A DNA stretch of 64,000 nt from Guillardia theta CCMP2712 (GCF_000315625.1 NW_005434663.1:186001-250000), one strand, 5' to 3'. Shown: positions 1 through 14,304, counted from the stretch's first letter. Notes: a model not told the origin generated them from the letters alone. Made by a program: numbers and translations.

Positions 1-1282
<1,282 letters not shown>

Positions 1283-1779
1283 TTCCCTACAATGCATCCA
1301 TGAGAAAACATTACTGAGCGAGACGGATCGCTCGAAAGCAATCTCTGCTTTTCCATCATGCTGCATCAACACATCTCTCGGTGTGTGTGTGTCTGTGCCT
1401 CCCTCGACTCTTCCGCCAGTTCTTCTCGTTTGTCTTCATTCTTTCACATCGCCCCATTCAAACATCGGTTTCTCTTCTACTCCCTTTCCCTCCTAATAGT
1501 TACTAACTCACATTCAACCACACATTCCACGCTGTACACCTACTTTCTTATGAGTCTCTCACTCTTTTTCTCCTTTTTCTGCTCAGCTAGTAGAACTTCT
1601 CATTATTGCTTGCTGTTGTTTAGCTCGAAGAAGCTCTGTATGTCCCAATTTCAAGAGATCTTCCTTGCTCTTTAGCTTCAGCTTCTACTCCTATGACGGC
1701 TCATTCATCGCCACCTCCCTCGTCTCCCTCCTCCTCATCCACCCGCCCATCCGTTCCTAGCTTGCGCACTTTTGCGGCA

Positions 1780-2450
1780 TTCCCCTCCACCACCCCACCC
1801 TCTCCGTGGAACCTCACTGGTGGTGGTTAGTAGAACCACCACCCCATTTCTTAATTTCACCCCTCATTTCAGTATTGCACAAGGGGGTAGGGTGCCCCGG
1901 GCCTAGGAAAAGGCCCACGAACTTCCGACCGGCCCGGGTCACCGGGCCCAGTGGTGAGCCGCCGGCGGGCCCCGGGCGCCGGGAACTTCCGAAGGCTCGG
2001 AAGTTCCGAACTTCCCACCTGCGGCAGCTGAGGCCGCGTGGACTTCATGGCCAGTGTGCTTCCGAGCCTAGTCATAGCCTTTCAAGTGTGACTTCGGAAA
2101 GGAGCGGCCGCGGCGGCAACGGACGGCGGGCCCGGACCTAGTGGCGCCGGGCAGCGGAACTTGAACTGAGGCCTGGCCGGCCGGGTCACCGTAACGGTGC
2201 ACGGCCGCCGGCCCCGCGGCCCAGCGCCCCGTGCGCGGCCGGTGCCAGGTGCGCCGGCGGGTTGCCAGTGTTCAAAAACTCAGTGAACTTGTGACTTCAA
2301 GACGGGCAAGTTACACGGTAGTGACTCAGACGGTTTATTCATGACAGTGACGGTGTCACCGGGACTCGTCAGGGAGACTCTCACGCCGGGGCCGCCGGGC
2401 CCGGGCCGCCCGGCCGGGCGGCCCGGGGCCACGACAGGGGCCTGCCGTTA
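1780..2450. repeat. Intergenic low-complexity block: C-rich ACCCC segment plus CCGG/CCCGGG-rich segment with AACTTCCGA motifs
   Basis: Compositional anomaly; AACTTCCGA or its complement recurs at about 1920, 1984 and 2001-2015; no credible ORF. Confidence 0.5.
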
Positions 2451-2621
2451 CTGCAGTAACGGGAGCACTTGAAGAGCCGCTGGACATGGCAGCTTGCCGT
2501 GAGTAAGGAAGAAGATCAAGAGGAGGAGAGGAACTGCAAGTGAGTGAGTGCCAGCAGACAGGAAGGACAGCTTGACTTGTTGTTCGAAAAGACAGTCATC
2601 TCCCTCCCTGAATCTGATCAG

Positions 2622-3644
2622 ATGACAATCTTGTCTTTCTCTGGAAGGCCGGGAAGGCTCAGCACCGCCAAGCAAGGGCTTGCTCTGCTCGTGTCGTCGT
2701 GGGCTGGTTTGATTCTGCTGATCGTGACTTTCTTTCTTCTCCGGCCAACACATCATGGGGGTGCAGAGCTCTTGCAAAAGGAATCTGCAAGCTTGAAAAG
2801 GGCTGGAAAGAGTGTGGCAAGCAATGTTCACAGAGCAGATCACCACACAGCCTTGACCCTGAAGAAGTCGAAGAGAGTCAAATCAAAGTCACAGGCCCTT
2901 CATGCTGCCAACTGTGAATGTGTGTATGGAGGCAACCCACTATCAGAGATCAGCGAACCCAACGTCTTCCCTGGGCCCTCCGAGTACGGTCCCGACTCGC
3001 CCAACTCGTACGCCCCGGCAGATGCTGCAGCGGAAGATCCATGCTGCGCGGGTGACGTTGCGTGGGGTGCCCCGGCGCTCCCCTTGAGTGACATGAGAAA
3101 GGTTAGAGACTGGGAGGTAGAAGAGCTTGTAACGACACGAGCGTAGGTGTACGAGATCAACGAGCCAAACTTCAAGGAATGGAAGGAGTTCGAGAAGGAG
3201 AACAACATCTTCCCGGGGATCGTGGATTGGGATCCAGATTGTATGCATCTTTTTATTTTCGAAAAGTATACGATGCTTGACAGTGATGCTACAGCTCCTC
3301 ATGGTTACAACCCTCCGTTTGACACCAAGGAATTGTTTGACGGGCACGGAGGAATAATTGGGTTGGAGGTGAGCGTCTCGCTGCTTCTGCTCGCCATGGT
3401 GACTTGCTTCTAGGATTCGGACAACTGGGAGAAGACGTTGGATTCTGTTCAACCTGATCAGTATGGTCACTATGCTGATGGTAGCACAACGGGCATGGAC
3501 AGCAACGTTTTCGCGAATGGGTATCAATTCCCTGGTATGTTTGGTTGCCTTCTTCCCCTCCTTGTGACTTTTGCTCCTCAGCCTATTAAAGCTGCTTCAG
3601 ACCCAGTTAATGTTGCACCTTTTATTACATTCCAGAAAGTGTAG
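2622..3644 (+). CDS. Hypothetical type II membrane protein (multi-exon)
   Basis: N-terminal hydrophobic anchor (LALLVSSWAGLILLIVTFFLL) followed by acidic/Pro/Cys-containing exons separated by short GT-AG introns (~3102-3146, ~3242-3282, ~3369-3413, ~3535-3581); no recognisable domain. Confidence 0.5.
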
Positions 3645-4152
3645 CTCAGACGAACAGGGGAATGAGAGACAAAGGCTAGAAGTTGGTAGAATATTGAAAG
3701 CTTCGTTTATTTCCAACCTCCCCGCTCTTGCTTCATTCAGCTGTGATCTTGTCTCGCACGGTGTTCTTGTTGGTCTACCTCCCTCTCTCATCTCTCTGCC
3801 TGTTCGGCTTCTCCTCTCCTCCTTGCTCTCTTCTGCTGCAGTTGGCAGCCACGCCCCTCTAGGTGACCAAAGACTTGCCGGGCTACCTCTCAGCCTCGAG
3901 GGGGTAGGGGTATACTTGGGTTCTTTCTAGAATAACCGGGGTAGTTCCTGGATCATGGAGGGGTAGTGGCAAATTAAGATGGAAGGGGGTAGGTCACCTG
4001 GGGTGGAACACGGATTTAGAACATGGACAACGGGGGAAGGGTAAAGATGAGAGGAGGAGGGGGAGAGCGAGAGGGAGGACGAGGAGTCTGGTCTTGTCTT
4101 CTTGCACGCTCAACCTTACTCCGCACAGTCTGCCTGTTGTGAAGCGGCTCCA

Positions 4153-6678
4153 ATGACGCTCACCAATGGTCCTCGTGTTGAGGCGCAAGCAAGAAAAGCA
4201 AGGCACTTCTGCACTGCAGCTTGCTTGTTCATCGTCATGGCAGCCGCCTGCATCGCACTGCTGGAGGACGTCTCTCCCGATGATCTCAAGACGGCTCTGA
4301 CGTCAATTCCTTACATCCGTCAAGAAACCAGAGACAAGATTGATAGCGGAATGTGGGACGAGGACGCGGTAGAAACAGACCAAGAGGCCGGGTTGCTCCC
4401 TCCCAATCCACCTCCACCCTCAGACGACTCGAACGATTTCAACTTCTCTCCGCTTACTGTAAATGCTTTGTGCTCGAAGCGTGGGTATGCTGATTTCATG
4501 TGGCAGTCGTCGAAGCGAGGGAGCGCAGGCAGCGGAGCGGGGGATCGGAAGCAGAACCCTTCGAAGAATGGAAAGAGCTTCTCTGATCACTCGAAAGAGA
4601 AGAGCAACAAGATCGAGCGAGGAAAGCAGCAGAAGCGAGAGGGTAGTGCACGTTTGACCCTTTCATGTCCTCACCACCTTTGCAGGAACTTCTCGGGGAA
4701 AGCAGAAGCCACAGAAAGAGGCAGATGCCCAAGGTATCGGGGGAGAAGGGCAAGAGGCGGAAGAGACGGAGGAGGAGGTCGAAGCTGAGCACCAGAATGC
4801 TGGAGATAAGTTCCAAGGGGGAAGCAAACCACAAGGGGGAAGCAAGGAACGAAGGCACAAGATTGGGATCGGTGTGGGTGGGGAAGGGGAGGAAGAGGAG
4901 GCAGAGGAAGAGGAGGCAGAGGAAGAGAATGGGATAGAAGGAATCGGAAGGGGCGAGCACGCAGCTCAAGTGGGGGAGCAGCAAGGCACGGGTGCAAAAG
5001 AGGATCAGGAGAAGAGCAGCGAGCAAGGGAAGTTGGAAGGACAGAAAGAAACTCGTGATTCAAGCGCACCGGGTCATTGTGCTTTCGAGGCGAGCAAGAG
5101 GTGATAGGAGAAGTGTGAGGCACTTGTAACTTGTGGAATTTGCACCAGGTGTGGAGCAGATGAAGACTGTCCTGCAGGAGGAGGGTCTTGCGTCTTCTGG
5201 GCTTGTACGGGAGACCCAGAAGTGAGATGCAGAGACTCTCAGGATTGCTCGTGAGTTGTTGTTGTCTCTCTCCTCTCTCCCTCTCTGCTTCTGACGTCGT
5301 CGGTCCAGGACCGTCGGGGGTGTCTGCACTGGTCCTGGTCATTGTTCCAACAGCGTCAGCAGCGCATGCGCAGTCGACAAGGATTGTGGCGGCGAGGATG
5401 ACTTTTGCATCGTGAATGGCTTCTGTGATTTCTCTCCGTCAACACCGTAATCTTTAAAATCATTCGTATGTTGTTTCAATATCTGACGTACACCAGTTGC
5501 TCTGGCGACATGGATTGTGGAGATGCTGGTGGAAGATGTATGATGAATGATCAGGTGCTTGATCCTGGTTCCAGCCTCAGATGGGTTGACGCTGTCGCAA
5601 GGCATGGTGGCAGGTCAATCAGAACTTTCCTGCGGACAAAGACTTCGGACCCTTTCAATCTTGGACAAGGTTGAAATTTCAACATAATTTCTGGAATTCT
5701 GATGTCATACAGATCTCAATTGCTAGCCAAGATTAAGATTCTGAGGAAGAAACTAAGGCATGCAAAGTTGAAGCCACATGGTTTTGAGTGACTCTGCATC
5801 AGATTTATTCGGGGGGATCTAGAGAAGCAAGTTCCTATCAACACAGCATTTGGAAACAACATCACCAAACTCAAGGACGAAATTCCGAAGATGGGATCAA
5901 CCTTGCAGCGGGCATTGCCCGCTGCTTCCGATTCTCAGGTGCTCTCCTCCTTTTCAAGATCATGTCTTGTTGACACTTCTTCCAAGGAACTTTCGAGAAT
6001 TAGAAAGGAAATGGCAAGAAGCTTCACAGCGATAAGGAAGAGAGTAGTCGGTAACAGCAGATTAGTGGTACAGACACTCTCTGACGCGTTTGTGTTTGTT
6101 CAGATTTCAACTTGTCAATGCACAAGTCTGAGGACGAACAAGATCAGATCCTCCTCAAGTTGAGCGATCTTAACTTCTCTGAAGTCGCACCAGACAGTCT
6201 GTCTTCACCGTATGCCACGATCAACGAGTTGAGACGTGAGCTGGTGGATCTGAACACGTCCAAGGCACAAGACAGCTTCCTGTCACAAGTCAACCGCACA
6301 TGGAAGCAATATCACGATTGGGAAGACTATGTCGACAAAACAAGAGATGAGCAGTTTGGAAACGTTTTCAGGCTCAGCTTCATCTCCAACTTACAAAAAC
6401 TTCTGTACCATTTCTTTAGTATTAACGTGGTTCGCAAATCACAGTTGCAAGTGATCAAGGAGGAGATCGACGACATTCGAGACGCGGGCGACTCGGGGAG
6501 AAGCAACACATGGATGAGACTCAACAGGATCAGAGAACATCTTAACTACAGCCGGGTCATGCCGCTTGTGACGAGGATCGCAGAGCTCAACGACAAGAAT
6601 GATCTTGCTGTTCGGAGCTTGCTGCGGGCGATCCTTGATAGAGCTCAGAACGGGTCAAGAGCGAACGTCACGTCCTGA
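4153..6678 (+). CDS. Hypothetical type II membrane protein with acidic linker, Cys-rich C-x2-D-x-DC repeats and C-terminal coiled coil
   Basis: TM anchor (FCTAACLFIVMAAACIALL); splicing ~5101-5148 and ~5251-5308 joins '...GHCAFEASKR' to 'CGADEDC...CRDSQDC...CAVDKDC...CSGDMDC'; last exon ORF 6112-6678 is helical. Confidence 0.55.
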
Positions 6679-6739
6679 CTCACTTGTGTTAGTAAACGCC
6701 CGTCACATACAAACTCACTTATTAGTAGTGCCTCACTGA

Positions 6740-7680
6740 TGTGTGATCGGACCGTTGACGTACCCCGCGGGCCGCCGGACAACCCGGCGGGCTCGGATTC
6801 ATACCGGGCCGAACGCACCGTCACTGAAGCCACCTTAGTCTGCCTCGGACCGTAAGGAATCAGGCTGACTCCGCCGGGGCCCGGGGAGCGGTCCGACGAT
6901 CACTGCCGCACTGTAGCGTAGACTTACCTGAACGTGTCCGACGCCGCTGGTTCCTATCCGGCTGACTCGCGTAATCGACAAGAGTCAGCGAGTGCGGCTG
7001 ACTGGAAGCATCTGACTGGTTTGATTGATCCGTGGGCCCTGACTCGAGGCTTCGGATGAGTCGCAAGGGCGAGGGGAGGGGGCGGATCCCGGCTCACCAG
7101 CTCTAGGTCCGAGGAGAGAGGCTGACGGGGTGCGGCTGGTCCGATCAGCTAGTAGGCTCCTCCCCTCCTCCCCTCAGTCCTCCCCTCACAGTCTGCTCCC
7201 AGTCCTTCCCTCACTGTTCCCTCAGGCTCCCCTCCTCCCCTCCGACGAGGCTGTGAAAAAAAAACTTTTACAAGGATAACGTATGTCAGCACCCCACCCC
7301 ACCCCTTCATCAAATACCCCGGATCATTAAACCCCTACCCCAATTTTTCCAGTGTGATACCCACGTTTGTCCAATAATTATTACCTATCATAGTACCCCT
7401 ACCATACATTTCTCACTACCCCACCCTGGCCCTTCGCCCCCCGCCAGGTTACTCGGTCTTGCAAGCGAACACTCAAACCCCATTTCCTCCCACCCCACCC
7501 CCCGTGATGTTTCACCCCCACCTACTTCAATCACTCTGACTCACCCGTACTTTCTACGCTTCATCCCGTTACACACATGGGTAGTAGTACCTACCCACGT
7601 TACCTGCAGGGATGCAGGGACCACCCCCTACCCTGTAGAGGATACAAATTCACCCCCGCCCTCACGAGGCTCCGACAGGT
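6740..7680. repeat. Intergenic GC-rich block + A-run + C-rich (ACCCC/CCCTA) tract
   Basis: CCGG-rich 6760-7150, A9 at ~7256, then strand-skewed ACCCC-rich sequence; no credible ORF. Confidence 0.45.
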
Positions 7681-8215
7681 TTATGTCAGTGGGAAGAGGC
7701 TAGAGCGATCGAGGGAAGCGAGGAGAAGGCGGAGGAGAGAGGGAGACCATGGCCATGAAGTCAGAGGATGCGATGCTTGTTTGGAGGAGAAACAGTGAGC
7801 GCAAGAAGCAGCAACAGCACGTGTGGACGATGAATGAAGGGGTTTGGATGGCAAAGGAGGTGTACGTGCTTAGTGTGTAAGGAATCGTTGAGGATGGGCT
7901 TACAATCAGGACCAACAAGAATGGTGAAGATTGTTTGATTGAATGAACAATGCGTGAGCGGCTCAAAGGAGGTGTCGAGGAACGGGACGAGGAGGTGTAT
8001 CTCGTAGAGGCGTAGAGGCGATTTTCACGTCACCAGTGGCCAGTGGAGCAATCAGTGGTGGCGCTAGCAAGAGAATGTGTGAAAGATGACAGAGCGAAGT
8101 TCGATGAAAGTGATGAAATGGTGGTTGTCAACACAGCACACATCGACGTAGCTGTAGCCCGTAGTCTTTCATGCTTGTTCTTGTTTACTCGATCGTTGTA
8201 ACATACTTGTGTCAG

Positions 8216-9795
8216 ATGTGGAAGGCTACGGTTGTTGCCTCGTGCCTCGCATCGGCACAGGTTGTCTCTTCCTTCCAGTTCACTCCTTCTCTCTCTCATG
8301 CTCGTCTCGGCTCCTCCCCTTCCATGTGCTCGAGCAGGAAGGTGAGGTCCGTTGGTCGCCTCCAGCCGAAGATGGTGGCATCGGCTCCATCCAGCGCTCA
8401 GGTCCCAGCAGAGGAGCAGTGGGTGTTGAACCTTGACTACGAAGGGTTCCGCCGAGAAGTGGCAGACTTGGGCAAGGAGCTGGAGCAGAACCAGGGAGCT
8501 GAAGACGTTGCTCACTTGAAGAAGATCTGCCTGTGGTCGGACATCTGCGCGGTTGTCGGGCTGGCGACCATGTGGTTGCCGCTCAACCCGATCTCGGTGA
8601 TCGCGCTTTCCCTCTGGAAGTTTTCGCGCTGGACGACCATCGCTCACCACACCGGACACGGAGGATACAACAGGGCGGACGAGACCAAGTTCTTCAACTC
8701 CCGCGGGTTCGCGACTGGCTCGCTCTTTAAGCGAGTGACACAGTGGTTTGACTGGATGCTGCCCGAGGCGTGGAACATCGAGCACAACAACCTCCACCAC
8801 TACCGTCTCGGAGAGCGAGACGACCCCGACCTCGTGGAGAGGAACATGCACTTCATCAGGGAGCTTAAGGTGCCTTCAGCGCTCAAGTACATGGTCGTTG
8901 GTTTCTTGATGTGCACCTGGAAGTGGTTCTACTACGCCCCCAACACTTACAAGGAGCTCAAGATCGCCGAGATGCGCAAGGCAGGCAAGGCGATCACCTC
9001 CGACATGAAGGCAACTGACGCGTACACGCTCAAGTCGTACCTGGACCCTGCCTTTGGGGTTGAAACCTTCCAGTGGTACTCGTTCATGGACCTGTTCAAG
9101 AACGTCATCGGCCCCTACCTCATCCTCCACTTCTTTGTTATGCCTCTCCCCTGCCTCCTCATCAGCCAGCAAGCGTACGTGAACGCTCTCATCAGCCTCG
9201 CCTTGGCGGATGTGCTCACCAACATCCACTCGTTCATCGTGATCGCTACCAACCATGCGGGCAGCGACCTGTACAAGTTTGATGACGGATGCAAGCCCAA
9301 CTCCGCGACCTTCTTCATGCGCCAGGTCGTGTCCTCGACCAACTTCAAGACCGGAAGCGACTTCAACGACTTCATGCACGGGTGGTTGAACTACCAGATC
9401 GAGCATCACGTATGGCCGAACCTCAGCGCTCTGAGCTACCAGCGAGGACAAGCCAGGCTCAAGGCCATCTGCGACAAGTACGGGGTCCCCTACGTGCAGG
9501 AGAGCGTCTGGATCCGCCTCAGGAAGACAGTTGACATCATGGTCGGCAAGGCGAACCAGCGCCAGTTCCCTTCCTCCCTCGAGCGCCAGTCGGACCTCAA
9601 GGTGAAAAGAGAGGAAAAGGAGATGAAGGAAAGAGGAAGGGGAAGAGGGGGAGCGATGACGAGGAGAGAGAAGGGGGAAGGGAAGGCACAGTCAGGAAGA
9701 GATGTTGACATGCGCTGCAGGTGTGGAGCAACGAGGACATCGCGGAGAACAGCGCGAAACTCGGACAAGATGTCAAATTGAAGCCTGCTGTTTAA
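8216..9795 (+). CDS. Plastid-targeted membrane-bound fatty acid desaturase family protein (three His boxes, no cytochrome b5 domain)
   Basis: His boxes HHTGH, HNNLHH, QIEHH; leader MWKATVVASCLASAQVVSS-FQF (signal peptide + Phe) then Ser/Arg-rich transit peptide; single intron 9602-9720 gives C-terminus VWSNEDIAENSAKLGQDVKLKPAV*. Confidence 0.9.
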
Positions 9796-9957
9796 GTGTA
9801 TTGAAATTCTTTCTCTTTTTGTTTGTTCACTTGTTAAAACTCGACTTTCTACGTCTGTTGTGTTGCTTCCTCCCTGGGAACATCCAAAGTTATGAACATT
9901 CCGAACAGCGCTGTCTCTCCTCTTTACCTGCCTGGCTGTCCTCCGCTGTTCTTGACT

Positions 9958-11300
9958 TCATCGCCCTGCTTTTTCAACCTTACGCAACCATCCCTGTCAC
10001 CAGCGTCAGCCCTGCGATCAAGATCTTCCGCACGCACATCAACAGTTGCGAGGAAGCGACGCGGGTCCTCTAGGTGTGCCATGTGGCTCAAACCCGCAAG
10101 CTCCGCGTACTCTGCACGTTCGATGCCCTCGACGAAAGGAGCAACGAGTTCCTGCAGAGCAGTGTAAAGAGAGAGCTGGAAAAGGGAGAGGAGGAGGGCA
10201 GGTAGAGGAGAAGGTAATGAAGAACCTTGGAGATGTAGTCATGCTCTCCTCGCATCACCAGCGCAGGAAGATTCCTCGGCCACTTGCTCTCAAGATCCTT
10301 CTGGTCGATCCGAAAGTCCCCAACCTCAACCATCTCAATCAGTCGAGCACCTTCGAGCTCCACCGCTCACAGAGGTTGCGCCTCGCCACACGACACCGAG
10401 GTGGCAGAAGGCCTCCTGCAGGCAGAGAGGAGAAGACTTGAGGCGCAGGTTGTGCATGGTCGTGAACTTGTCGTTGGCCACCTGCCGAACGCCTTGAGCA
10501 TCAGGGAGAGCAGAGACAAAACTCACCTGCAGCTTCCATTGCTCAACCCAATCCTTCTCGCGGGGCCAGTCAGGCCTCATCCCAAGCTCGTCAGGTGAGA
10601 GCCCGTCAAGCTCCCTCTTGTACTCGTCGATGATCTTCGTCGCTCGTTCCTGCGACTCAGCAGGAGACGCGGGAGAGCTCGCGAGAATGACAGACTTGAG
10701 GCCTGAAAGGAGCTTCGGGTGGTGGGCCAGGTGACGCATCACCACCTCTGCTGCCAAGCATCCTCCCCAGCTGTGACCCAAGAGGTGGAACCCACCTGCC
10801 TCCAGGAGGCCATGGAACTCAGCGAAGTGACTGAGCATGGTCGCCGCGTCCTCCGCGCTTTGCCGCACTGAGTAGAACTCCTCCTCCTCAGGCTCGTCAG
10901 ACCTTCCACATCCCAGCTGATCGTAGAAGAACACGCTCCTGCCCCCCATCTGATTCAGCCCCTCCAGCGGTTCCAGGTAGTGCGAGGGAACTCCCGGCCC
11001 CCCGTGCAGGACCACAACAGGCAGAGCCGACGAGCGATCGTCCGCCGCCTTGCTGACTCCATACCATATGGAATAGCCTCTCACTCGCAAACTGCCTTCT
11101 TCCTTCATCTCCAGACTCCGTTTGATAGCGCTTTTTGCTCTTTGTCGCATCAGCATGGTGTTGACTTTGAAACATCCTGCTCGCAATCCGCCACAAGTCC
11201 CCATGAAGGCAAACATGCCGGGAGAGACGCGGCTCGTCCTCGTTTCTCCATCCGCCAACAGAAACAAGCTCAGCAGGGACAGGAGCCTTGTCGATCGCAT
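9958..11300 (-). CDS. Proline iminopeptidase-like alpha/beta hydrolase with N-terminal targeting leader
   Basis: HGGPG oxyanion motif, YDQLGCGRS, nucleophile elbow GHSWGG, 'RGEHD' Asp and 'SHMAHLE' His in downstream exons; hydrophobic N-terminus. Confidence 0.85.
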
Positions 11301-11399
11301 CTTGAAGGAGCTGCCAGCCTTGACTCTTGTCTCTCCCTCTTCTCTCCTCCTCCTCTTCCCCTCTGTTCGCCCTGACCTCCTGGTCCCGGCAGACGTATA

Positions 11400-11470
11400 A
11401 AGGGTTTAGATCAGAAAGAAGGTTTAGGCATTCTCACCATATCGGTTTAGATCAGAAAGATTAGGTTGAA
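11400..11470. promoter_or_regulatory. Putative bidirectional promoter with duplicated 17-mer GGTTTAGATCAGAAAGA
   Basis: 191-nt gap between divergent starts (11300 and 11492); direct repeat at 11403-11419 and 11444-11460. Confidence 0.35.
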
Positions 11471-11491
11471 CCCATTTCCCGCGCTTTCGCC

Positions 11492-14292
11492 ATGAAGAGA
11501 TCCAACGATGGCGGCGGCGGCGGCGGCGGCGGCGGCGGAGGAGGAGGAGGAGGAGGAGGGAAGAAGAGCAGGCTGATGCAGAAGACAGCAGCAGAGTTCT
11601 TCGCGGAGAACAAACACTTCGCTGGTTTCGAGAGCCCCGGTAAGTCTCTCTACACGTCGATCAGAGAGCTGGTGGAGAACAGGTGGGAGGGACGGCGAGC
11701 AGAGAATCGTGATTGAAGTTTTCATCAGTCTCGATGCAGCAGAAGCCATCGGCGTCCTTCCTGAAGTCCACATCATGATCGAAGAGATCAAGATGGCGAC
11801 GTTTCGCAAGATGCACGGCATGGACGGCAGCGAGAAGGTTTCCTTTTCGGTGGGCTCCTGTTTGTGAGTTTTGCTTCACAGATCGACCTCGACCTTTACA
11901 AGAATGCGGAGGCTGGAGAAAGCTCGGCTCCCCAGAAGAAGCCTGCGGGGAAGAAAGTGAGCGCAAAGGACATGACATTCTTCAAGTTGACCGTCACCGA
12001 CAACGGCTGCGGGATGAAGCACGAAGAAATCCCAAAGATGTTCGGATCTGTGCTGTCCGGAACCAAATACGGAGTGAGGCAGGTGATCGATCGATAGATG
12101 TGGAAATGCTTTCAAGATCCTCAAGGGGCAGCACAGGAGCGAGGGAAGTTTGGGCTCGGATCGAAGATGGTCTTGATCTGGAGCAAAGTACTCCAACAAG
12201 TCATTCTGTCTAGTTTCTCACTTGGCCTCGATCTCGTCAGATGAGTACAGGATTGCCTATGAAAATTCGAAGCTCCACCGGAAGCACAAAGCCAATCTCA
12301 GTCGTCAAACTTGATCTTGGTACACGAGGTTGCAGTTTCTCATACAGTGACATGGTTTTCGGCAAGACATTCATGCCAATGCCCCCAAGGTTCATCAGCA
12401 TGACAAAGAATCCAACACCATCGGGTGATTGTTCCGCAGGGAAGGACTCAAGATCTGAATTTAACACGCAGATGGCGCGGGTCCCAGGTGGAAGTGACGA
12501 TAGGCGGAGAGTTCAGCAAGTACAAGGGCTATATTGTGAAGTACTTGAGAGAGATGGCAGTTATCACTCCATATGCTCGGTACGCCGGTATATTCGAGAG
12601 CTCAGAATGACTGACATCTTCGTAGGTTTGAGATGCACTACATCTGTGAAGATAGTTCCAAGTCTTTTCAGATCATTCATTCACGAAGAAGTGAAAACAT
12701 GCCGCCGCCTCCCTGCAAGGCAAAGGTCCGAGTGCTTTCCCTCTTTCCTCCTCTGCCGTTCTGAAGAAGCTGATGTCAGGTGCACCCGTCTGCACTGGAT
12801 AATCAGATGATGGAAAATCTTATAAATCAATCATATCAGAAAGTTTTGCTACGGTATATGTTTTTTGGCGTCGTCTTGTGATTTGACGTTTTCCAGCTTC
12901 TTGACAGCGGAACTGGATTCTGTGGACACAAATCTGGCGAAGCGAATGATAGATGAATTTGGTTCAGAATTCTCTTATGAAATGCCCATCACCTCCATCG
13001 ATAGCAGCAAGATTCGAAAAATTGTGAAAAAGATCTTGCAGCAAAAGTTGGATCAGGAGTTGACGTCTTTCAGGTTGATAAAATACTTCAATTCGAATTC
13101 GACCCGCCAAGTGGTGCAGTCCTCAGTCCTGCAGGGGAATATAATCTACATCTTGGAGTGAGTGCGCTGTCTCTACCATGCTCTGTCTGAGTAGCGCGCA
13201 GGTCATGAAGGAAATGAAACCAGACCTAATTGCGACAAGCACTCCAGATGTACAGCATCATCTGCACAATAATTTTGAAAGCAGTGATCGTTGTTGAAGG
13301 TGACGGTTGTCGATGGACATCCTGTGATCGTTGAAGCTGCTGTGTCGCTTGGTGGAAGAAAAGCAAAGGAAGGCATTACGGTGATCTCTTGACCCCAAAA
13401 GAATTGGCATAATGTAATGTGCTCAGGTGCACAGATTCGCCAACAGAATTCCTATGCTCTTTCAGGGCGGAAACGATGTATCCCGTTTCTGATCCTGATA
13501 ATTTGATGTTAAATGATTGTCAGGTTTCAGTGAAGACGGCAAATACACGTATCAACTGGAAATCTTATCGTAAGTTCTTATACAGATTAATTCTTCGTTG
13601 TTTTCATTTTTCCAAGGTATGGACAAGAATAGCCATAAAATTGGAGTGTACATCAGCATCTGTAGCACAAAAATCCCATATGGAGGGCCAAACAAGGAAT
13701 ATATCGGAGATGAGAATGAAGATCTGCAGAGAGCTGTGAGTCAGATTAATCTAATTTGCATGATTCTCAACTTATTGGTAGGTGAAAGAGGCGATCATGA
13801 AGTGCTGCCTCCAGTTGAAGTCACGTCTCGCGAGGCAAGAAGCCATGAAGAATCAAAGAGAAAGGAAGAAGAACTTAGAGAAGTACATCCCTTCCGTCTC
13901 GAGAGCTCTCATTGGAATGTTGCAATCCATCAGTCAAGAGTAAGTGGTCAGATAGTCAGAAATGGCGATTGACTTCTTTCCCAGCACTTCCCCAGCAGCT
14001 GGGAGGGAACCGGATGTGCAGAAGGTTCTGGAAATGCTGAAACAAAAGGAGGTGTCTGAGGAGATTTTACAACACCGCCTTCGAACTTTTGTAGAGGAAG
14101 CTGACATGGAACAGGTTGCGAAACGTTTGATAGATTTCCGTATTGATCAGTTGCACACAGGCAATGGGAGGAGTCCAGACAGACGAAGCGAACATAGTCC
14201 GTGAAGATGCGTTCCTCTGCCTTTTGAATCAGGCTAGGAAATTCGAGAGAGATGTGCATAGCACTACATCAGTTTTCCGGTTTCTCATGTGA
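11492..14292 (+). CDS. TOP6B: DNA topoisomerase VI subunit B
   Basis: [30 protein letters not shown]|SLDA; GHKL motifs TDNGCG and TKYGVRQ|[10 protein letters not shown]; transducer motifs [10 protein letters not shown] and [17 protein letters not shown]; many short introns; poly-Gly N-terminus. Confidence 0.93.
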
Positions 14293-14304
14293 AGACAACT
14301 TCAT

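Noticed and set aside
8030-9451. Long minus-strand ORFs over the desaturase
   Set aside because: Antisense shadows caused by high GC3 codon bias; the same applies to 19539-20561, 26124-26993 and 40963-41790.
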